From contig OX597822.1 in the NCBI GenBank assembly GCA_951406725.2, forward strand, positions 75,020,001 to 75,084,000: a DNA stretch of 64,000 nucleotides, in the 5' to 3' direction. This stretch comes from Octopus vulgaris (lineage: Eukaryota). The notes beneath the pieces were generated by a model. That model was not told the DNA's origin and searched no databases. It was given only the letters and a program-made list of their open reading frames with translations. How positions within the stretch are numbered: position 1 is the stretch's first letter; each line of letters begins with the position of its first letter. Positions 53,752 to 64,000 of this stretch are shown piece after piece. The translations under genes were made by a program, and so were the position numbers.

Positions 53752-54140
53752 TCTTTTACTTGTTGCAGTCATTTGACTGTGGCCATGCTGGAGCACCGCC
53801 TTTAGTCGAGCAAATCGACCCTAGGACTTATTCTTTGTAAGCCTAGTACTTATTCTATCGGGTCTTTTGCCGAACCGCTAAGTTACGGGAACGTAAACAC
53901 ACCAGCATCGGTTGTGAAGCGATGTTGGGGAGACAAACACAGACACACAAACATACATACACACATACATACATATATATATATATATACATATATACGA
54001 CGGGCTTCTTTCAGTTTCCATCTTTGGTCGGCACGAGGCTACAGTATAAGACACTTGCCCAAAGTGCTACGCAGTGGGACTGAACCCGGAACCATGTGGT
54101 TCGTAAGCAAGCTACTTACCAAACAGTCACTCCCACGCCT
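53752..54140 (-). mobile_element. SINE family B
   Basis: Similarity to family B. Confidence 0.85.
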
Positions 54141-54325
54141 ATGTATGTACATTATATATATTCATATATACATATATGTATGCACAATATATATATATAT
54201 ATATATATTTATGTAAACATGTATAAATATATATATATATATATACATATTTATATATATGTGTGTGTGAGTACGTGTAGAAAATTACTTATATAAACAC
54301 GAGTTCTTTCTCGCAGACATGCACA

Positions 54326-54383
<58 letters not shown>

Positions 54384-55366
54384 ACACAAACATCAAGCCT
54401 CTAACAAGCGCACAGGCATACTCATACACACGCAGGCGAACACATAATTACTTACGAAGAATACAAAAAGGCAAATAAGAAAATCGCTCAGACCGAAATA
54501 TTACTTGCGGAAACACAATCCTCCATGTGCACGCAAACACATAACTGTATATACAATTACATTCATAGACCATTCTAAACACAACAGGTGGGTATTGCAA
54601 CCAAATACAGGCATTTTATATATGCACACATCTGTGTGTGTGTGTATACACACATTAGGCAAGACTTCCGACCGTCCCACCCAGAAAACCACCCTTATAA
54701 TTTTTTTTTTCCATACAGCCCCTACACCCTTTTCGGTTACGAGGAATACGTATCTACAAAAAAAAAAAAAATTGGCAAAAATTGACATTTCTAAATTACT
54801 CCCATCCCACCCCCATTTCCTTCATTTTTAACCTTTTTCATATTTTTTTAAAATCAAAATATGCGGAAAAATACGGAGATTATGATTCTGAAAAAAATTT
54901 CCTAAAATCTTTGTAAAATTTTTTTAAAGAATTTTTTTTGTTTCTAAATATGCAGAAAAATACGGACATCATGATTCGGACAAAAATTTCGAAACATTTC
55001 TGTACTTACGATTACGGTTTTATTGTTAGGGTTTTAGGGTTAGTGTTGGGGAAAAAGTCAAAATTGAAGTTGATAGGGGGGGGGGGGGGTTAATAATTTC
55101 ACAATGCCGACAGTTTAAAGGACAGACGTTTCGGGATCAGCTGTTGCATCGCTTATCCCCGAAAAAATTCATTTTCATTACTATATCCAGCTATACTAAG
55201 GTTCTTATCAACATTATTTCGCAATTTAAATCTATTATTCATTGCTATATATAATAATATATAATATAATATAAATCTATTATTCATTGCTATAATCGCC
55301 CCCAAGTTTGGTGTCGTAGAATAGGATAATTTCAAAGATGATCTATTGAATATGGAGTGGCACTTA

Positions 55367-55752
<386 letters not shown>

Positions 55753-55786
55753 TGATTTTGTTTAAAAATTCCAAATCCGTACATAT

Positions 55787-55872
55787 TCTCTAATGAAGGA
55801 AATGTGGCTTACGGAAATTCAAAAGGTCTTACCTACCCACTTCTTCGCACATTCCCGGAAACGGCCGTAAGA
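55787..55872 (+). ncRNA. Degenerate hammerhead ribozyme in an inverted PLE pseudo-LTR
   Basis: TCT-CTAATGA (G5A)-GGAAATGTG...CACATTCC-CG-GAAAC ggcc GTA-AGA. Confidence 0.55.
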
Positions 55873-56019
55873 TTCTTTCTATTTATTGGATTCATTTGAC
55901 GACTTCCCTTTTGGATTATTGTGAACTGCTATCTCATCAGTTTGGACTTCTTAATTTATCTGTATGTATTTATACAACTACTTATCTGTCTTACATTTGG
56001 GCACAGAATTACACTATTA

Positions 56020-56597
56020 CATGTATATATAATAATCAAAGAAGATGCAGTCTGGGGGGTCAGATGACCAGGTGCTAGAGGTGATGTGGTTACAGAAATT
56101 GTCTGATAGCCATGACTGTGCTCTCCTGCTTGTGTGGCATGATGCAGAGTCCTGTTGCCAGACATAGGGTTTTCCAGCATCCATCCTCTTGAACTAGGGT
56201 AACACCAACTCCTGCAGGCACTTGTCCATGTTGAGTGTGAGGCCACGTGGGAAGATAAAAGGAGGCATAACGTCACATTCACTAGTGACCACTCCAAACA
56301 TCATGATGTTGACTGGATGTTTGATTTTTATCACTCTCGGTACATGCACTGCCCTCAGAATGGCACCAAAACGCTCTGAAATGTTCGTATTAGAGCTTCT
56401 GACATGAATGCCAAGCAGTACAGCATGTCGTTTCCAAATTTCTGGCAGAGTAAATTGCGTCATGGTGCTGTTTTTCTCACAGACAGTGCCCAACTGACCC
56501 TACTATACTGTGCAGTCCAGCAAAATCAAAAACAAACAATGTGCATGTGCTAAATTAAAAATATAAAGCAGCGATAATTTATCCATCGCACATTGTA
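56020..56597 (-). pseudogene. maT/DD37D-like Tc1/mariner remnant with internal deletions
   Basis: KHPVNIMMFGVVTSECDVMPPFIFPRGL, then WQQDSA..H and WPPRL in shifted frames. Confidence 0.7.
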
Positions 56598-56656
56598 TGT
56601 GTGTGTGTATGTGTGTGTGTACATACATACATACATACATACATATATGTGTATGT

Positions 56657-56714
<58 letters not shown>

Positions 56715-56715
<1 letters not shown>

Positions 56716-56902
56716 TCTTTAACTCTTTTACTTGCTTCAGTCATTAGACTGTTGCCATGCTGGAGCACCGCCTTTAGTCGATCAAGCAAATCAACCCTAA
56801 GACTCATTCTTTGTATGCCTAGAACTTATTCTTTCGGTTTCTTATGCCGAACCGCTAAGTTACGGGGACGTAAACACACCACCATCGGATGTCAAGCGAT
56901 GA

Positions 56903-56990
<88 letters not shown>

Positions 56991-57160
56991 CATATATACG
57001 GCGGTCTTCTTTCAGGTTACGTCTACCAAATCCACTCACAAGGCTTTGGTCGGCCCAAGGCTATGGTAGAAGACACTTGCCCAAGATGTCACGCAATGGG
57101 GCTGAACCCAGAACAATGTGGTTGGTAAGCAAACTACTTACCACACAGCCACTCCTGCGC
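56715..57160 (-). mobile_element. SINE family B, full length
   Basis: Similarity to family B. Confidence 0.85.
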
Positions 57161-57318
57161 CAATATATATATGCAAAGACACACACACACACACACACAT
57201 ACAGGTTAATAGGTGAGTCGCCTTGTATAGAAAACTCGTAGTACTAGTGTGTTCTGTAATTTTTGTTCTTTGTGCCCACGAATACACGATATATATGTAT
57301 ATGTGCGTTTATGTTTCT

Positions 57319-57387
<69 letters not shown>

Positions 57388-57833
57388 CAAACATGTAAGC
57401 GCACTGAAATGTCATGTAAGCTAGAAGGTTGGTATATCTAAACAAAACAGACTCTTCTAAATAACGGACAGCCGAGAACTATTTCCGGATAATTTTTTTA
57501 TATAATATATATCCATTAATGGTCGTTGACCTATTTATGTAATAGGTGTTTCTCTAATAGTTATGTGAGGCTTTTCAGGGTGAACCTTTTGTCTGCTGTG
57601 CATATGTTACATTTTTTGCTTCCGCTTTTTATGGCCTTTATTTTTCAATAATCGTTAAATTCAAGTTATAAGTGGAAGTATATTCTTTTAATCGCTAAAA
57701 CTAGTCGGCGAAGTGTGTGTGTATTCGTTTATATGTATAAATATATAAATGCATGCGTACATACATATATGTATATATAAACACATGTATCTATGTATAT
57801 ATATATATATAAACATATATATATATATATATA

Positions 57834-59001
57834 TCTCTTATTATAAAAGGCAGATTTTATCTGCCTCCCTTTGGGAGTTATACAAATCTACAATATAGGA
57901 TTTCTTCAATTACAATTTACCTAGCAGTTTTAAGAGTACAATGCATCGCGTCCTGCCAGGTCCAGTTTTTAAAATTTAAACTCCAATTAAGCAAAATTTA
58001 CAGAAAACTCACATTCTGGTGTGTGTGTCAAATGCTTTTCTTAGTCTGGTTTACACCACACGCAAACGCACACACACAGTGGGCAACGAATAAAATGAAA
58101 GTAAATGTAATATTTGTTTCTGTCTATCACGCTGATAGATACATGAGTAAAATGTATGGGAAGCTAACAGATAACAGTGAGTGAAAATGTTCTTGGAAGA
58201 GAGTAAATTAGCGACAGACTGATTTGAGCAAGACTAAACTGAAAGTATGAAACAGTGTTTATGTATAAACAGACGACACTTATATAAACCCTTTCGTTAC
58301 CAAACCGCCCGAATTTACCTATTCATATTTAAATGAGAATATCAGAGTAAATCTCTTTAGTACATTCGTGAAAACACGTATTATACTTCGTAAACACTTC
58401 AAATACAGTTTTGTACAAAAATCGAAGTGTAATTTTAATTCCGTGAATTATGGGAGATTTTTTTCCGAAATTTGTTCCTATTGTGTTTTCAAAATTTGTA
58501 ATTCTGACAAAAAATGGATACGAATTTCATTATATCAAGCAGCGAGTCAGAATTCGAAGACCTTCATAAATCTAACTCTAACTCTATGACTGAAAAAAAA
58601 AAAGCATCTTTATATAAGAGTGAAGTTGTGTGTCTGTCCCCTTCGATTTACTTTCGTAATTACTCCCACATTTTGCGGTGCAGTTTAACCAAAAGCGGGT
58701 ATCTTATAGTCATGATTCATATCGAGCCCTTCTGGGTATTAGCGCACGTCTACGATGAGTCTACGATTTTAAAAAATTTACCATCATATTTTTCCATTTT
58801 AATGCATTTTTTTCGCTTTTATATAAGGGAAGTAACTCTCTAAAAATATCTACGATGTGTCAACGATTTAAAAAAAATTTGCCTTAATTTTTTTCCAATT
58901 TTTAATGCATTTTTTTTGCTATTTTTTGGCTATAACTCTCTAAAAATGCTTATATAGTTATTTCCCTTACAAACCCGAGCAACGCCGGGCGATACTGCTA
59001 G
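57834..59001 (+). mobile_element. Composite non-autonomous Helitron (5' ends at 57834 and 58607, one 3' end)
   Basis: A|TCTCTTATTATAAAAG; A|TCTTTATATAAGAG; CCCGAGCAACGCCGGG..CTAG|T. Confidence 0.75.
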
Positions 59002-59292
59002 TATATATATATATATACATATATATGTATGTATGGTATGTATATATGTATGTTAGATGCAAGCTCTTACTACAATTTGCTCAAGCATTCATACTAAAAA
59101 ATTCAACATACATATACATGCGTATGCACACGCTCATATAAATATATATATATATATGTATATGCATATACAACTATATACACTCACATACACGTATGCA
59201 CACTCACGTACAACATCCCTACGCTCAAGTACACACGCGCCTATATACCTAATCAATTTTAATATATATTATATTGTTATATTAACCTGTAT

Positions 59293-59505
59293 GTGGAGGC
59301 GCGTGGCTTAGTGGTTAGGGTGTCAGCATTATGATCTTAAGATTGTGGTTTCGATTCCTGGACCGGTCGACGTGTTGTGTTCTTGAGCGAAACACTTCAT
59401 TTCACGTTGCTCCAGTCCACTCAGCTGGCAAAAATGTGTCCAGCTGCGGAATACATACGCCATTGAAACCGGGAAACTGGGCCCATGAGCCTGGCTAGGC
59501 TTTGT
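59293..59505 (+). mobile_element. SINE with family D-type head and alternative tail, 12-bp TSD
   Basis: TATTAACCTGTA at 59280-59291 and 59513-59524. Confidence 0.8.
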
Positions 59506-60171
59506 TTATTATTATTAACCTGTACATGGACACATACATCTGCAAGTTTCAACAATTAGTCGCCCCCTACATGAATTAATACACATAACAACATTAACAG
59601 TACGTAGATAAATGCTAACTGCAAAATGCCAAACAATAATCAAACAAATATATAACTAAAAAAGAGTGTAAAGTTAATATCAAAGTGTTAAATAACTATT
59701 TCGTTGTGCGGTGGGGGGGATAGTGAAATGAGTAAGTCCAATAGTGGGGGGGGGGTCTCCAGTTAAATAGAAGTAGCCAACGCTGACTTAAAGTGGTCTA
59801 GAATAAACTAAAGTAAAACAAACCAACAATGAGTATGAAATGGTAAAGTATGTTACAAAATACAGACAAATTCATTCATTATCATGGTGAAGGATCAAGA
59901 CAGTATTAAGGAGGGGATGGTAGGGGAATGGATACTTGTGCACTCTCTAGTCTAAATTTATGTTAGGATTTAAGAGAACTGGCATTATATGATTATAAGA
60001 GGGTGTAAAGGTTATACTGAGGAATAGTAAAATGAAGCACTATAATATAATATAATGTAAATCAATTGTTGTTCGTCAATATTTCTCCATTTTCCGCTTT
60101 CTTTATATAAATATAAATATCGAAGAAGGTGAAAAGAAAGAAAATCTGACAATGTAGAAAGTTTAATAAAA

Positions 60172-60209
60172 CCTTTATATTTCAGGCACAAAAGCCCATC
60201 TTCAGAAGA
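60172..60209 (-). ncRNA. Minimal hammerhead ribozyme candidate
   Basis: TCTT-CTGAAGA-T-GGGC ttttgt GCCT-GAAAT ATA-AAGG. Confidence 0.6.
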
Positions 60210-60270
60210 AAAGAACAGTCTGAGGTAAGCAGTTATGTTGGTTCCGTTAACCCATTCAAATTTGAATATA

Positions 60271-60296
60271 TCTCTATTTTTATAAAACTGAGAATG

Positions 60297-60327
<31 letters not shown>

Positions 60328-62095
60328 GTGTTTCCCTAAAACCTGAGAACTACACAACCAATTTCATTCAAATCTTACACATGCCTTACTTATGGTCTGG
60401 GGAGTGTTATCGGCAAAAAAAAATGTTTAACTTCTTCCCTAGGGCGACCCCACAGCAATATCATATCTTCTCCACTATTTAAGTATTACGTGTTAAAAGT
60501 GAAACAAAAACGTCTCTCTATTGTAATGCAGACACTTTCATTTTAATACTGAAACTATTATATAACAGGGATGAACAGCGGTCATCCATTTTGCTTGAAG
60601 AAGATCCGCTATGGTCATATATGCTACACCACTGGTTTTCAATTCATATTAATCAAATTAGTATTCAATTTTTCACCCTTATTATGTGTGTGTGTGTGTG
60701 TGTATTAGCAATTCGTATAAAATTGCATCAATGACTTCAACTTGAATAAGTGGTTTCACATAAATGGGGATAAATTAAAAAGGTTTGTTGTTATTATTAT
60801 TACTGTTTGACTATTGTAATCACGTTTGTTGCTAAATATATATGTAAATACATGTATATATACTGATGTATATGTATACCTGTATATGTATAGATGTATT
60901 TCTATAGATATACATGTATATGTAAGCATGTATATATACACATATATACATCCATACACACATACCGATACCCCCCACACACACACAGGTGCAGGTGTGG
61001 CTGTGTGGTAACTTGGCATGTGTCTTCTGCTATAGCATCATATCAGCCAGAGCTCGCTCTGGGCGCCATTGGGGCGACTGTACACAGCTACCAGCCCACA
61101 GTCGACGCTATGGCGACCAGAGCTCGCTCTGGGCGCCAATGGGGCGACTGTACACAGCTACCAGCCTACAGTCGACGCTATGACAATTCATATATTTTTG
61201 CTGTTGATGAAATTTTAACCATAGATATTAGACACAAATGAAGTAATATTTATAAAATTTCATCTTCTTACAAAGTTAGAAAGACCTCTCCATGGGGATT
61301 TAACACCCACAATTTTGTCATTTTATCTAAGCAAAAACGAATACAGTTGTGCTCTTGGAAGCTGTAGGGTTACCCGAGCATAAAAGTTGGGCATTATTTC
61401 TAATTCAATGGTACAACGGTGTAACAATTTGCTTTGACATACACTTACATTGTGATTTCTGCAATGTGGTGCATAAATTGTTAAGTAAATGAGAGGCATC
61501 TTTGTCTCCACTGATTCAGTTGCAAAGTGTTGAGTAAAGTTATTTGATTGCAGACCTCCTTTCAGTCTTTTTATTATCACTCGGTCACACATAGTGCCCA
61601 GATGGTAACATTGATTACAAGACCTTCCCAGATGAGTGTCTGGTTATTCAAAGACATTTATAGACTTTAAATTCATTCTGTCCAGTTACGTATCTGTATA
61701 GTGGTCATTTGCAAACTCCAGAGGTGACACATTAATTTCTCCTAAGCCCTCACGTCACACAGTTGTTAATGTTCATTTCAGTTGGGTCAGCCCTTTCAAT
61801 TGCTATAGATTCGTAATGCATCTTACGGCTGTGCCTGTCACCTGGATGGTGAGGAATCCTACATTGGGAGTGGTAACGACTAGGGTAGGGTAACTGACTG
61901 CTTATTGTGATCATTCGTCTTTGGTTTCCATGTGACACGATTATAATTTTTTAGGGTGTGTAAAGAGGGAAACAACCCTCATCTGTAATTTTGATGAAAT
62001 TCGAAACATATGTATTCCAGTTAATTTAGAAAATATAACAGAAAAGTCTAATTCTTCAATTGAATGTAACCGGGCAACGCCGGGTATCTCTGCTA

Positions 62096-62096
<1 letters not shown>
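60271..62096 (+). mobile_element. Helitron-like element, about 1.8 kb, with heterogeneous interior
   Basis: A|TCTCTATTTTTATAAAA plus (GTCT)n start; 3' CCGGGCAACGCCGGG..CTAG|T; pairing of the two ends is inferred. Confidence 0.6.
61047..61184. repeat. GC-rich 70-bp direct tandem dimer
   Basis: CCAGAGCTCGCTCTGG at 61047 and 61117. Confidence 0.95.
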
Positions 62097-62137
<41 letters not shown>

Positions 62138-62141
62138 ATGC

Positions 62142-62172
<31 letters not shown>

Positions 62173-62207
62173 CATACATATATATATATGTATATATATA
62201 TACATAC

Positions 62208-62286
<79 letters not shown>

Positions 62287-62730
62287 GCCATATAAGGATC
62301 CAAGGATCCAAGTGTAGGAATTTTGCAAGCTTCAAGCTGTCAATGGAAGATGTAGAAAACAAAAAGCGGAGTGTACTTTAGGGTCCAATAACAAATTATT
62401 GGTGCCAAAAGTTACACACCTTTTCCAAAATAGAAATCACAAGGAAATTTGATAAGCTGAAAGTTTCTGTATAGTTTACGGTTAGCAACTGGAGTTGCTA
62501 CAAATGCAGATAAAAGTCCAAATTGAGGGAGTGGAATGGGTCAGCATTATCTGACGAACGCGATGTACGCATGCGCCTCCCCCGCCCGACCTTTCAATGA
62601 TAGCTTCCTCTCAGCTCATCTCAGGTTATATATGCTTCTGAACCAGATGATCTTCTGATGTAATTTTACTCAACGAGGCTTACTCAGCTTAGCTAATCAT
62701 CAGGCGGAGAATACCTCAATTACATGTAAG

Positions 62731-62781
<51 letters not shown>

Positions 62782-62799
62782 AAGCTTGCTTCCCAGCCA

Positions 62800-63480
62800 C
62801 ACAGTTCTGCTTCTGCGTTCTGGAGACGGACATGATCCGGGATTTTTTTATGCTTTCGGATGTGATCTGAAAAAGTATCTCCAGGTCAACCCCGGACCAG
62901 CCTTCCCTGGCAGTTCTTGTCGCTTCTATCCGTCCCGTCCACGATTACGCATCCCAGAAGCCACCAAATATCTGGTGGGATTCTAGAAATGCGGATTTGA
63001 GCTGTACGTTTTCCCATGTGGTAGCTGTACATGATGACTTTACTGGTTTTACAGTGGGGTTTTGCGAGGGGTTCTGACTTAAACAGCACCGAAATGGTGC
63101 CGTATTGTTTGCTTCTTGCTATGTATTCGATGTCATTTCTGATGCACCTCAACACCGCCTCAATATCAACTTGGGCTACTAAAGCTGCTCTTTTCGTGTC
63201 TGCTGAGATGCATCTGAAAAGCATCATTCTTCTCTGCACTGCTTCAATTGCCTCTGATGGGATTGTCAGATTGCCCCAAGTCTTCTCTTGTTTTATTAGT
63301 CTCTGTGGCTGTGGTAGCATCTGCTCCCTATTTGTAAGATATACGGCAAAGCGTTGTTTGTTCTTCGCTGCTGCGAACGTATTTTTGTTATTTTTATTGC
63401 TATTGTCCTCGTTGTTGTTTTTGTTTTTGTTGTTATTCTTATCGATATTATTGGTATTGGTTTTTTGTTGTTGCTGTTGT
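62800..63480 (-). pseudogene. L1/Tx1-like ORF1 fragment
   Basis: IEYIARSKQYGTISVLF...YHMGKRTAQIRISRIPP, homologous in pattern to 39830-40100. Confidence 0.6.
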
Positions 63481-63483
63481 CAC

Positions 63484-64000
63484 TTTTTCCAGGAAGTTAG
63501 AAAATCCTTGGAACATTCCATGAAATCCTCTGACTTTCGAGGAAGTTTTCGACCAATTTTCCAGGAAGTTAGAAAAACCTGGGAACATTCCATGAAATAC
63601 TCGGAACTTTCCAGGAAGTTTTGAACCAATTTTCCAGGTAGTTAGAAAATCATCGGAACTTTCCAGGAAGTTTTCGACCAATTTTCCAGGTAGTTAGAAA
63701 ATCCTTGGAACTTCCCATGAAATCCGCGGAACTTTCCATGAAGTTTTCTACCAAGATTCCAGGAAGTTAGAAAATCCATGGAACATTCCATTAAATCCTC
63801 GGAACTTTCCAGGAAGTTTTCAACCAATTTTCCGGGAAGTTAGAAAATCCTCGGAACTTTCCATGAAATCCTCAGAACTTCCCGGAAAGTTTTCGACCAA
63901 TTTTCCAGGTATTTAGAAAATCTTTGGCACTTTTCAGGAAGTTTTCGCCCAATTTTCCTGGAAATTAGAAAATCCTCAGGACTTCCGATGGCTTTTTTCG
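63484..64000. repeat. Tandem repeat array of about 72-bp and 51-bp units, running off the window end
   Basis: TTTTCCAGGAAGTTAGAAAATCC(TTGGAACATTCCATGAAATCC)TCGGAACTTTCCAGGAAGTTTTCGACCAA. Confidence 0.95.

Noticed and set aside
55022-55050. TTAGGG telomere-like motifs
   Set aside because: Only two degenerate units; probably part of an interspersed repeat.
62290-62710. Possible PLE RT remnant (plus strand) and hammerhead (minus strand, CTGATGA...GAAAGGTC)
   Set aside because: Motifs too decayed and stems I and III imperfect; not supportable by eye.
63484-64000. CRISPR-like periodicity
   Set aside because: No unique spacers and no cas genes; eukaryotic tandem repeat.

Overview
AT-rich, repeat-saturated eukaryotic DNA with no bacterial-type gene organisation. 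The SINE families and the microsatellite load look like an octopus (cephalopod) genome; this is from recall, not a search. Nearly all listed ORFs are microsatellite or SINE read-through artefacts. Real content: four tRNA-headed SINE families (about 40 copies, some chimeric) and a near-intact 1.63-kb IR/DR Tc1 transposon (DD34E, two frameshifts). There are also mariner, maT, piggyBac, Tigger-like and Harbinger-like remnants and MITEs, three non-autonomous Helitrons (two composite), and R4/Dong-like, RTE and L1/Tx1-like LINE fragments. One GC-rich candidate host exon lies near 32.7 kb. The most notable signal is a set of sequence-unrelated Penelope-like element (PLE) ends carrying minimal type I hammerhead ribozymes. 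These include a perfect palindrome with a hammerhead on each strand (19.5 kb) and a tRNA-headed SINE with a hammerhead and a PLE-style inverted 5' duplication, inserted into a PLE ORF (55.4-55.75 kb). The latter is a candidate Penelope-mobilised ribozyme SINE.
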